64,000 nucleotides of DNA from Vulcanimicrobiota bacterium (GTDB lineage Bacteria; Vulcanimicrobiota; Vulcanimicrobiia; Vulcanimicrobiales; Vulcanimicrobiaceae). Under the pieces are notes generated by a model. The model saw only the letters and a program-made list of their open reading frames with translations, did not search any database and had not been told where the DNA came from. The translations under genes and the position numbers were made by a program. How positions within the stretch are numbered: the stretch's first letter is position 1; each line of letters starts with the position of its first letter. Of the stretch, positions 25,701-33,255 are shown piece after piece. Where the stretch lies: assembly GCA_963726285.1 (NCBI GenBank), contig CAVSBV010000004.1, forward strand, positions 18,659 through 82,658. Direction: 5' to 3'.

Positions 25701-26155
25701 ACAAGATCGCGGCGCTGCGCATCGTAATGCAGCGGCCGCGCGATCTCTCACGCGAGTCGCTGAAGGAACTGGCGATGGCGCTCGACGCCAACGGTTTTCC
25801 GGAAGCCATGATACGTGCAGCGTTTCGCGACGCGCGCAACGAGGACATCGCCGCATCTCTGGTGGGATTCGTGCGACGGGCCGCGCTCGGCGACGCGCTC
25901 GAGCCGTGGGCGGACCGCGTCCATCGCGCGGTTGCGCGCATCCTAAAGCGACAGGCCTGGACTCAACCGCAGCGCCAATGGCTTGAGCGGATAGCCCGAC
26001 GAGTGGCGGAGATGGGCGTCGCTGACCGGACGGCTCTGGATGAAGAGCAATTCAAAGTGGCCGGCGGCTTCGCGCGACTCAACAAGATCTTCGATGGTAA
26101 GCTTGAGATGATTCTTGCCGACATCAACGACGAAGCATGGAAGGAAGCAGGTTGA
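22739..26155 (+). CDS. hsdR: type I restriction enzyme R subunit with an extra N-terminal DUF4145-like domain
   Basis: 1138 aa. N-terminal FHYIRRMGNVAIHEH (DUF4145/HEPN-like R..GN..aH), then an Ala/Glu coiled coil. PD-(D/E)xK nuclease ADYALFIG...GVIEAKRK. Helicase motifs MATGTGKT and VVDECHRG. EcoEI-type C-terminal helical domain. Confidence 0.9.
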   Translation: MMSLPGSANFAFLTRYDEALVRVAALAERYFPDDPVTSVMKVRQFGELLARETAARLGVFLSGEESQVDLLARLSRESGVPPEVTDLFHYIRRMGNVAIHEHRGDHTVSLAALKMAWQLAVWFHRTFGDRSFKSGAFAPPKPPPDPTVTLREQLEALRKERDASMSAAELAEARAAEAEAARLGAEERARKEAEERAFWEQYAAEAEAKAAPKFAMLQAETMALPLAQRSERRSAVLQAASGIVLDEAETRVLIDEQLRLRGWEADTQRIRYSAGVRPAKGRNLAIAEWPTESGPADYALFIGTTCVGVIEAKRKRKNVSAAIDQVARYAQCFRAEAGIDFARGSPWPAESSAESQLPYRIPFLFATNARPYLKQIETESGIWFRDVRQPTNLRRPLVDWFTPQGLEELIGTDKAKAHADLEAMPFDFGFQLRDYQERAIRAVEDAVSDDAARAALLAMATGTGKTKLAIAMLYRLLASKRFRRICFIVDRRALGEQAEGEFTTTRVVGVRTFADIFGLKGLDDIGIDPSTKVHICTIQGLVKRVLFAADPKDVPSVDQYDLMVVDECHRGYLLDREMSETELVFRDEADYVSKYRRVLEHFDAVKIGLTATPALHTTEIFGDPIFTYSYREAVVDGWLIDSEPPIRIQTALSADGIHFKRGEELRLFDPKTGDLDLAHAPDDLDFDIAEFNKRVLTREFNRVVAEELAKHIDPSLPGKTLVFAATDGHADILVDELKKAFEVQYGSIDDAAVKKITGSIDAPGKAIKRFRNDANPKVAVTVDLLTTGVDVPSIMNLVFVRRVNSRILFEQMLGRATRRCDEIGKETFRIFDAVGIYDALRDFTTMRPVVVNPSISFETLFHELTEVSDEKHRVLVRDQILVKLRRRISRLHEKALEQYEALAGETPQDTLKRIAGATPEDLAKWAQAKTGLGKILDWEPEGAGAASVSLVVSTHRDEHRSTTVGYGGAERPEDYLVAFAAFVRDNENKIAALRIVMQRPRDLSRESLKELAMALDANGFPEAMIRAAFRDARNEDIAASLVGFVRRAALGDALEPWADRVHRAVARILKRQAWTQPQRQWLERIARRVAEMGVADRTALDEEQFKVAGGFARLNKIFDGKLEMILADINDEAWKEAG

Positions 26156-27615
26156 ACCTGAACAGCAACGGTACGCGCGAAATCGTCACGAAGCTCTGGA
26201 ATCTCTGTCATATTTTGCGTGACGGTGGAATTACGTATCAGGCGTACGTCACCGAACTCACTTATCTGCTTTTTCTGAAAATGATGCAAGAGACGGAACG
26301 CGAGGCGGCGCTACCAAAAGGCTTTCGGTGGAACGACCTGATATCGCGCGAAGGCGAAGACCTTTTGACGTTCTACCGCACTTTGCTCCTCAAACTGGGT
26401 ACTGAAACAAAAGGCATAGTCCGAGAAATATTTGCTGATGCTCAGACCGGTTTGAAGCGGCCCACAGATCTTAAGGAACTCGTCACGCAAATCAATCGCC
26501 TGGATTGGTTCTCGGCGAAACAAGACGGCCTCGGCGATCTCTATGAGGGGTTGCTGGAGAGGAACGCAAACGAAAAGAAGTCGGGTGCCGGGCAATACTT
26601 CACGCCCCGCCCCTTGATTGATTGCATGGTGCGGGTACTAAGGCCCGAGCCTGGTGAGATCGTCCAAGACCCCGCTGCCGGAACAGGCGGATTTCTAATT
26701 GCCGCGGATCGCTTCATTAAGGAACGCACGGATGATCTCTTCGCTTTAAAGGCTTCAGAACAGCGCTTTCAACGTGAAGATGCGTTTCGCGGTTTGGAAC
26801 TCGTGCCCGACACGCATCGGATGCTTCTGATGAATTTAATGCTTCACGACATCGGCGGAAGTCACGTGCTCGGCGGCGATGCACTGAGTCCCGCTGGTGA
26901 GGCTCTCGGAAAAGCTGATTTAATACTTACAAATCCACCTTTTGGGACAAAAAAGGGCGGAGGTCGCCCAACTCGGACCGACTTCAGTATCACGGCTGAT
27001 TCCAGCAATAAGCAGCTCGCGTTTATTGAGCACGTAGTGCGCGCATTGAGGCCTGGGGGTCGCGCGGGGGTTGTTGTCCCTGACAACGTTCTCTCGGGCG
27101 AAGTCGGGCATGAATTACGTTCATGGCTAATGGAATTATGCGACGTCCACACCATTCTACGATTACCGCTAGGGTTGTTCTATGCCCAAGCAGTGAGAAC
27201 CAACGTCGTTTTCTTCTCTCGTGGGCAATCCGAAAAACGAAACACGTCGACAGTGTGGGTGTACGACCTTCGGGCTGGCCAACCGGCATATGGCAAGAAG
27301 CGCCCATTCAGCGCAGCGGACCTGGCTGAGTTTGTGAAATGCTACGGCGACGATCCTCTCGGAAAAGCTGCGAGAAGTGACTTGGGGATAGACGGTCGTT
27401 TCAAAGCATTTTCGCGCGACGAAATCGCTCGCCTTGGAGACGAGCTTCACTTGACGTGGCTCCGTAGCAACGATGAAGAGGCTGAATACTCGCTAGAAGA
27501 GCCTGAGGATATCGCCGAAGCGATGTTAGAACACTTGAATCAGGCAACCACAGAAATCGAGAAACTGGCAGCTTCGATCCGCGAAATGCCGCTGGAGTTG
27601 CTTGATGAACACTGA
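26137..27615 (+). CDS. hsdM: type I R-M N6-adenine DNA methyltransferase subunit
   Basis: 492 aa. HsdM N-terminal helical domain (KLWNLCHILRDGG), SAM motif DPAAGTGGFL, catalytic NPPFG. An alternative TTG start at 26152 would give a TTGA overlap with hsdR. Confidence 0.9.
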   Translation: MEGSRLNLNSNGTREIVTKLWNLCHILRDGGITYQAYVTELTYLLFLKMMQETEREAALPKGFRWNDLISREGEDLLTFYRTLLLKLGTETKGIVREIFADAQTGLKRPTDLKELVTQINRLDWFSAKQDGLGDLYEGLLERNANEKKSGAGQYFTPRPLIDCMVRVLRPEPGEIVQDPAAGTGGFLIAADRFIKERTDDLFALKASEQRFQREDAFRGLELVPDTHRMLLMNLMLHDIGGSHVLGGDALSPAGEALGKADLILTNPPFGTKKGGGRPTRTDFSITADSSNKQLAFIEHVVRALRPGGRAGVVVPDNVLSGEVGHELRSWLMELCDVHTILRLPLGLFYAQAVRTNVVFFSRGQSEKRNTSTVWVYDLRAGQPAYGKKRPFSAADLAEFVKCYGDDPLGKAARSDLGIDGRFKAFSRDEIARLGDELHLTWLRSNDEEAEYSLEEPEDIAEAMLEHLNQATTEIEKLAASIREMPLELLDEH

Positions 27616-28795
27616 TGCGGTCCCGTTAGAGGTCGCGTTGAGTGATGTCGCCACGCCCATCAATGAGCGAGCATCGCCGCGTGAAGCACCGGACATCCCC
27701 TTTATCGGATTAGAGCACATCACCTCTTATTCCGGTCAGCTTATCGGCACTGGGACGACGGCTGACGTTTCAAGTAGCGTAGCAAGATACTCCGAAGGAG
27801 ACCTTCTTTATGGTCGCTTACGGCCATATCTTAATAAGGTGGTTGTGGCTCCGTTTGATGGCGCGGCGTCGGCTGAGTTTATTGTGCTGAGACCCATGTC
27901 CGAAAACGTGTCCACGGAATACCTTAGGCTCGTTCTCCGATCGCCGATGTTTCTTGCGTTCACGTCGCAATTGGATCGTGGCGACAGACCACGGGTTAAG
28001 TGGGAGCAGATCAATAGATTTCGCTTCGAGTTGCCGTCGCCTTCAGATCAAAGGGCGATAGTCGACACAACTGCTCAAATGATGGAGCGGGTTAAATCTG
28101 CTTCTTGCGAGGTCAAGAAGTCAGTGGATCTATCAAGGCTACTTCTTGCACGGTTTACAGCGAACATTTTCGAGACGGCTAGCGAGGAGCATTGGCCAGA
28201 GATTCCTTTCGGACAATTGATTGCTGAGATGCGAAATGGGCTAGCGACGAAGCCGGCAAATGAGCCGCCTGGAATTCCAATTCTGAGGATTTCATCTGTA
28301 CGTTCCTTTACCGTCAACCTCGCCGACGTGCGTTACCACACGCTACTAAACGGCGACGCAAAGTATTTGCTGCGCAATAGAGATTTGCTGTTCGTGCGCT
28401 TCAACGGAAATGCGGAACTGGTTGCTGGATGCGGGATGGTGAGAGAAATTACGGGGGATATCGTATACCCAGATAAACTGATTCGCGTACGTGTTGATGA
28501 ATCGAGGGTCTTGCCGGAATACATCGAGTTGATATTCGCTGGCGAGAAAATGCGTCAGGATGTGTCAGTATTCGTTCGCACTGCCGCTGGTCAGCATGGT
28601 ATCTCGGGAGGCGATCTAAAGCGCGTGTCCCTCCCAATCCCTCCGATTGGAACGCAGCGAAGGATCGTGAAGCGCTTTGCCGTGGTCCGAGACGGAATAC
28701 TGCGTGTGTTGCATCAATGCGACCGCGCTGCTGCTCTTGCTTCAAAGATGGAAGGCGCGATCCTTGCCAGAGTCGTGACCGTGGCAAGCATTTAA
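27605..28795 (+). CDS. hsdS: type I R-M specificity subunit
   Basis: About 396 aa from ATG 27605 (TTG at 27602 also possible), overlapping the hsdM end. Two target-recognition halves each carry the GDLLYGRLRPYLNKV / RDLLFVRFNGNAELVG type motif. Confidence 0.85.
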   Translation: MNTDAVPLEVALSDVATPINERASPREAPDIPFIGLEHITSYSGQLIGTGTTADVSSSVARYSEGDLLYGRLRPYLNKVVVAPFDGAASAEFIVLRPMSENVSTEYLRLVLRSPMFLAFTSQLDRGDRPRVKWEQINRFRFELPSPSDQRAIVDTTAQMMERVKSASCEVKKSVDLSRLLLARFTANIFETASEEHWPEIPFGQLIAEMRNGLATKPANEPPGIPILRISSVRSFTVNLADVRYHTLLNGDAKYLLRNRDLLFVRFNGNAELVAGCGMVREITGDIVYPDKLIRVRVDESRVLPEYIELIFAGEKMRQDVSVFVRTAAGQHGISGGDLKRVSLPIPPIGTQRRIVKRFAVVRDGILRVLHQCDRAAALASKMEGAILARVVTVASI

Positions 28796-30111
28796 GAGCC
28801 TAGGTCTTCGTCCGCGAACGTTATCACGTAGCTTTCGGACATGTGCCGGCGCGAAATGTTGTTGTCGGCCAGCGGCATGAACTCGCCGCGCTCAACGCTG
28901 ACGACACGCATATCGTATGCGAGTATTCGTAAGGCGTCCTGGTAATTCTTAATCGTAAAAGGCGTTGACTCGTTGTGCGCCGCGTATATCGACGCGACGG
29001 TTAGACGCTGGCCCCGAAACGCCGATGGTAGCTCCTTCGTTAGACGCTGCATTGGCGTCTCGCCACTTAAAGGTAGTTTAAGACCGCCCTCGCCGGGGTT
29101 GAACTCAAAACTCGCAACGCCGTCTTGGTCGACGTCAGACGAGGCTCGGGCCATAATGCCTTTCATGATCTTTTGCGCCGGATCTAGATTCTTGGTCGCA
29201 AACATGATGTGATGATCGACTGCGCCCGTCGGCTTGCGAAACCGGTACTGAAGCACGTGTTTCGCTCCGATGTCGTATAGCGCGTCCCGCATCCCACCGA
29301 GCAATATCCGCTCTCTCGCTTCTTCGTCGGCGCTTCGAGTAAGCTCAGTCCGTGCCGCCTCGACGCGCTCGGCACCGAAGAGTGCGTTCATGTGTGAGCG
29401 AACCTTAGAGTTGCGTACCGCCGCGTTGATTCTGTTGAAATTGAAATAGAAGGCGATTTCGCATCCCCAGTCCTTGAGGATCGCTTGCATTAAGTCGCGC
29501 GTGAGACCGGCGTACCCAAAGGGATCAAGAAACATGAACGTTGGAATGAGAGAGCGAGTTTTGAATAAGTCTTCGATTTGTTTGCGCGCAGACTCGCCAT
29601 GGGAGATCTTCGGGGCATACGCAAGTGAGTCGACGCCGTCGAGACCAGCGAGGGCCTTCGACAACGACTGAGCCGCATCGGGGTCCTTGTCCTCGAACAG
29701 CATGAGCGTGATCTTGCGCAGTTGCTCGTCGGCTAGCACGGTGCGTGCGATCTGAAGAGGCGTCGATTCTGTGCCGTCGGCGTAGATGCCGGGGCCCGCG
29801 AAGAAATCGAAGTAACCGATCTTACCGCTGCGCGTTTTCGTCTTCATCACTCTCGCCCACGCGGTGAAGTAGTCGACGACGATTTTACTCTTGACGGCCG
29901 AAGCTGTGCGCTGCGCGTTGAAGAAACCCCGAGCTTGGGGCTCGGAGTGAGGCTCGAGTGCCGCCGGCGTCTCGAAATCGGAGAAGAGTGCCGGGCTGTT
30001 GGGATCCGCCTTTCTCCTGCGCAAATAGGGTCTCCCGATGGCCTGTTCGCCGACATGTTCAAGGAACACAGGCGCGGCCCCGGCCTCCCTTTGCAGAGGG
30101 CGGCTCGACAT
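28792..30111 (-). CDS. tcmP: three-Cys-motif partner protein TcmP
   Basis: 439 aa. KSKIVVDYFTAWARVM...IGYFDFFAGPGIY matches my recollection of the TcmP (TIGR04474) N-terminal signature. It is adjacent to a Gp37/Gp68 gene, as that family typically is. Its stop overlaps the hsdS stop by 4 nt. Confidence 0.7.
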   Translation of the reverse strand: MSSRPLQREAGAAPVFLEHVGEQAIGRPYLRRRKADPNSPALFSDFETPAALEPHSEPQARGFFNAQRTASAVKSKIVVDYFTAWARVMKTKTRSGKIGYFDFFAGPGIYADGTESTPLQIARTVLADEQLRKITLMLFEDKDPDAAQSLSKALAGLDGVDSLAYAPKISHGESARKQIEDLFKTRSLIPTFMFLDPFGYAGLTRDLMQAILKDWGCEIAFYFNFNRINAAVRNSKVRSHMNALFGAERVEAARTELTRSADEEARERILLGGMRDALYDIGAKHVLQYRFRKPTGAVDHHIMFATKNLDPAQKIMKGIMARASSDVDQDGVASFEFNPGEGGLKLPLSGETPMQRLTKELPSAFRGQRLTVASIYAAHNESTPFTIKNYQDALRILAYDMRVVSVERGEFMPLADNNISRRHMSESYVITFADEDLGS

Positions 30112-30155
30112 GTCACACTACAAAACGGCCCGGAATGGGGGCCGGAGGAGCAACA

Positions 30156-30911
30156 GTGGCCGGCAAGAGCCAGATCGAGTGGACGGAAAACACCTGGAAC
30201 CCAGTTACGGGATGCACGCAGGTGTCGCCGGGGTGCGACCGGTGCTACGCCATGCGGCTCGTGAACGTACGGCAGGTCAACAATCCACGGAGCCCGCGTT
30301 ACGGACATCCCTTCGATGAGGTGATGCTACACGCGGATCGTCTCGATCAACCGTCCCGCTGGAAGTCGCCGAGGCGCATCTTCGTAAACAGCATGAGCGA
30401 TGTCTTTCATAAAGACGTGCCCGATGTTTTCATCGACCGCGTCTTCGGCGAAATGGAGCGATGCGGGCAGCACGTATTTCAGGTGCTCACCAAACGTGCC
30501 GAGCGGATGAAACGCTACGTCAATAAGCGCTACAAGGGATCGTCGTGCCCGCCACACATCTGGCTCGGCGTATCGGTCGAAAATATGGATTACGCATGGC
30601 GCGCAGAGATGCTCAGAGCGACCGCTGCAACCGTCCGCTGGGTTTCCGCGGAGCCGCTCATCGGCTCGGTATCGGGTCTGGAACTCGACGGCATTGACTG
30701 GCTCGTAGCCGGCGGCGAGTCCGGGCCAGGAGCGCGCCCGATGGACGCTCAGTGGGTCCGTGAGTTGCGCGACCAGTGCAAGATCGCCGGAGTGAAATTC
30801 TTCTTCAAGCAGTGGGGTGGCGAAACAAAGAAGGGCGGCGGCGAACAGGCCACGCTCGACGGCCGGCGCTGGACGCAATATCCGAGCAAGAAGACGAAGC
30901 GGGCCGCCTGA
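30156..30911 (+). CDS. phage Gp37/Gp68-family (DUF5131) three-Cys-motif protein
   Basis: 251 aa from GTG 30156, with GGAGGAG 5 nt upstream (ATG 30135 is an alternative). MAGKSQIEWTENTWNPVTGCTQVSPGCDRCYA is the family N-terminal signature with a Cx5Cx2C motif. Confidence 0.8.
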   Translation: MAGKSQIEWTENTWNPVTGCTQVSPGCDRCYAMRLVNVRQVNNPRSPRYGHPFDEVMLHADRLDQPSRWKSPRRIFVNSMSDVFHKDVPDVFIDRVFGEMERCGQHVFQVLTKRAERMKRYVNKRYKGSSCPPHIWLGVSVENMDYAWRAEMLRATAATVRWVSAEPLIGSVSGLELDGIDWLVAGGESGPGARPMDAQWVRELRDQCKIAGVKFFFKQWGGETKKGGGEQATLDGRRWTQYPSKKTKRAA

Positions 30912-31006
30912 TTCAGTCTTCTCGCGCGCTCCGTGGTAGCTAGCGAATTCATCTCATGGGGTTCCCGAACGAGTGAATCCGCTACTTACCCGTGCGCGGA
31001 GCGACG

Positions 31007-31155
31007 CTTTAGGTAACAAGCAATTTCACCTCATAGCCCTGGGCATGATGATGCTCAGCCCACCGGTCGTCTCGCTGCCCGTCAAGCTCCTGCTCTTCGT
31101 GATGGTCGACGGTTGGGCGCTGGTCTGCGGAGGCGTAGCCACGAGCTTTAGATGA
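31007..31155 (+). pseudogene. fliP: fliP 3'-terminal remnant, direct-repeat copy A
   Basis: Encodes [42 protein letters not shown]-stop. This aligns with the E. coli FliP C-terminus [42 protein letters not shown]. There is no FliP body upstream. Confidence 0.8.
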
Positions 31156-31213
31156 GTCTAGTGGAGACAGCGTTGACGGATGATAGTAGAACCACTATCA
31201 TCGTGAGGCTTGG

Positions 31214-31555
31214 ATGAAGCCCGTCCTTTGGGCCGGCAGCTCCGAGAAGGATCTCGAAGGTATGCCAGATGTTCCGCGACTCGAGATTCGCGCAGCGATA
31301 TTCGCCGCGCAGAGTGGCGGCAAGGTTGGATACTCGAAGCCGATGCGCGGCGACCTCAGATATGTCATGGAGGTCGTTGCTCACGATCGAGACGGCACGT
31401 TTCGAGGAATGTACTACGTCGGAAAAGAGTTTATCTATGCCCTCCACTTCTTCCAAAAGAAAAGCAAGCAAGGTATCAAAACGCCGCAAAGGGAGCTCGA
31501 TCTCATCCGCCGTCGGCTCGCGTGGGCGCGCCATCACGAAAAAACAGGCGGATGA
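31214..31555 (+). CDS. higB: HigB/RelE-superfamily toxin (Gp49/DUF891-like)
   Basis: 113 aa. YALHFFQKKSKQGIKTPQRELDLIRRRL is the characteristic F-x-KK-t-x-k-TP C-terminal pattern of Gp49-like toxins. Confidence 0.75.
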   Translation: MKPVLWAGSSEKDLEGMPDVPRLEIRAAIFAAQSGGKVGYSKPMRGDLRYVMEVVAHDRDGTFRGMYYVGKEFIYALHFFQKKSKQGIKTPQRELDLIRRRLAWARHHEKTGG

Positions 31556-31559
31556 GCCG

Positions 31560-31883
31560 ATGACCTATATCGTGACAGCAAGCGCTTGGGATGGGGAGCC
31601 CGACCAAGAAGAGTTGGAGGCGAAGTCGTTTCTCGCTCTTGAAATTCTTCGTCGCATCGAGGCCCTAGGTATCTCCCAGCGAGAGGCCGCAAAGCGGCTC
31701 GGCGTCGCTCAAGCCGATATCTCGAAGATCGTCAACTTCAAGGTGTGGGGATTCTCGCTCCCCCGGTTGTCACAACTACTATCGAAGCTCGGCGCTGACG
31801 TCGATATTCGCGTACGGGTACGATACACGGATGGCCTAGGTAGCCTTCGTATTGCAACGACGAAGGCTCGCCGAGCCGCATAG
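31560..31883 (+). CDS. higA: XRE-family HTH antitoxin (HigA-like)
   Basis: 107 aa from ATG 31560, 4 nt after the toxin stop. HTH: LGISQREAAKRLGVAQADISKIVN. Confidence 0.75.
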   Translation: MTYIVTASAWDGEPDQEELEAKSFLALEILRRIEALGISQREAAKRLGVAQADISKIVNFKVWGFSLPRLSQLLSKLGADVDIRVRVRYTDGLGSLRIATTKARRAA

Positions 31884-31921
31884 TGGATCGGCTGCTTTCT
31901 GGCACCTTAGGAAGATTGGGA

Positions 31922-32368
31922 TCAAACGGGCTTGTCGCTGCAGTGGTTGGTGTAGAAACTAATGCCATTGCCGTCGGGATCTTGCATCGAGAAATAATGA
32001 TGACCGTATAGTATGCCATCTGCGATAGATGATGGTGAATATCCATTATCAATCAGCCTGGCCCTGTAAATTTCCAGATCCGTTTTTGTGGGCCCGGCGA
32101 TCATCAGATCTAGTCTTTCGCTTCCAAAATCTGGTCTTTGGCCGACATGACTATTCTGCAGCGCGCTGCTCTGGTCGTCGCCCTTTTGAAAGAGCAGCAA
32201 ATGTGTGCCGCCGCGCAGTTCAACGATCGCCATTCCGGGGAATGTCGCGAATGCGCGGAGACCCAAGCCAATATAAAATTGATAACTCGCCTCGATGCTT
32301 TGCACGTGCATGACAAAGTGAGCAAGGGCCGCGGCGGGTAAAAGGTCTTCCATTTCGAGTCCTTTCAT
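31922..32368 (-). CDS. VOC (glyoxalase/bleomycin-resistance/dioxygenase) family protein
   Basis: 148 aa. It has the beta-alpha-beta-beta-beta module pattern LAHFVMHVQSIEASYQFYIGLGL ... HYFSMQDPDGNGISF. Confidence 0.6.
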   Translation of the reverse strand: MKGLEMEDLLPAAALAHFVMHVQSIEASYQFYIGLGLRAFATFPGMAIVELRGGTHLLLFQKGDDQSSALQNSHVGQRPDFGSERLDLMIAGPTKTDLEIYRARLIDNGYSPSSIADGILYGHHYFSMQDPDGNGISFYTNHCSDKPV

Positions 32369-32431
32369 GGAATTCGTTAGTGGTTACCTGAGGAGAGCAG
32401 TCTTGCCGCACTAGCGTCGCCGTGCTAATCT

Positions 32432-32469
32432 GACTAACCAGTCGGAAATTATTATGCGACTGTCCAGTC
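32432..32469. promoter_or_regulatory. candidate TetR operator pair
   Basis: Two similar small palindromes, each followed by ggaaa: gactaaccagtc (32432-32443) and gactgtccagtc (32458-32469). They lie in the gap between the divergent VOC and TetR genes. Confidence 0.35.
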
Positions 32470-32484
32470 GGAAAAGCAAGAGGG

Positions 32485-33063
32485 TTGTTGGTGACGCGGA
32501 AAAAGGAAATTGATAGGGACAGGGTCCTGGATGCCGCCGAGGCCGTCATCCTTGAATCTGGCGGCCGAAATTTCACGCTTGATGCTGTGGCGGAGCGCGC
32601 GGGGATTAGCAAGGGCGGGCTCGTCTATACCTTTGCGACTAAGGATGGATTAGTACACGCGGCGCTAGAGCGAGAAGTGGCCCGCTTTCAGGAGGCAGTG
32701 CGTCGGCGACTCGGCAGCAGGCCAACTGGGCCGGTCGAGTTGGTCCTCGCGCATATCGAGGAAGCACTGGACGAGGACGACGCCTCGACTCAACTGGCGT
32801 CTTTTCTCATTACCGCCCTGGTGCACGCCCCTGACATGCTGGGGCCGGTGCGACACCTTTACCGCGGACTACTCGATCCGCTTCGATCAGGGCATGGTGA
32901 GGTTGCTGAAATACGTCACGCACTACTGGCTGTTGAAGGCATATTTCTGCTCCGAGGACTCGGGTTTGCAGAGGTTTCAGCAGACGAGCTCAAGTCCGTC
33001 CTGCTTCACGCACGCAACATCGTTCTTGCGGCCTTGGATACATCGGCGTCCCGACCGCTCTGA
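32485..33063 (+). CDS. TetR/AcrR-family transcriptional regulator
   Basis: 192 aa (start among TTG 32485, TTG 32488, GTG 32491). N-terminal HTH: RDRVLDAAEAVILESGGRNFTLDAVAERAGISKGGLVYTF. Confidence 0.85.
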   Translation: MLVTRKKEIDRDRVLDAAEAVILESGGRNFTLDAVAERAGISKGGLVYTFATKDGLVHAALEREVARFQEAVRRRLGSRPTGPVELVLAHIEEALDEDDASTQLASFLITALVHAPDMLGPVRHLYRGLLDPLRSGHGEVAEIRHALLAVEGIFLLRGLGFAEVSADELKSVLLHARNIVLAALDTSASRPL

Positions 33064-33094
33064 GAATAAAAGCCTAACGATGAGTGCAGCGGCG

Positions 33095-33243
33095 CCTTAG
33101 GTACGTAACATTTTCATCTCATAGGCCTTGGGATGATGATGCTCAGCCCGCCGGTCGTCTCGCTACCGGTCAAGCTCTTGCTCTTCGTGATGGTCGACGG
33201 CTGGGCGCTGATCTGCGGAGGCGTTGCCGCCAGCTTTAGATAA
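33095..33243 (+). pseudogene. fliP: fliP 3'-terminal remnant, direct-repeat copy B
   Basis: Encodes [42 protein letters not shown]-stop, preceded by an in-frame TAA. By hand alignment 128 of 149 nt are identical to copy A. There is no FliP body upstream. Confidence 0.8.
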
Positions 33244-33255
33244 GGCAAGGTCATC

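Larger units (their letters stand above)
1..31006. mobile_element. right-hand part of a putative integrated conjugative/mobilisable element plus cargo islands (left end outside window)
   Basis: Contains a T4 coupling protein, ParA, MobC-like protein, relaxase-helicase and an R-M/defence cargo. It ends at the first of two direct fliP-tail repeats. Composition is patchy by eye. No integrase is present in the window. Confidence 0.5.
31156..33094. mobile_element. small degenerate islet bounded by the two fliP-tail repeats
   Basis: 1.9 kb carrying higBA, a VOC protein and a TetR regulator. It is visibly less GC-rich than the flanking core. No recombinase is present. Confidence 0.4.

Noticed and set aside
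30973-31155. 60-aa ORF as an independent small membrane-protein gene
   Set aside because: Its C-terminal 42 aa are the FliP tail, and the upstream 18 aa have no FliP similarity. It is better explained as a gene remnant/att scar than as a functional gene.
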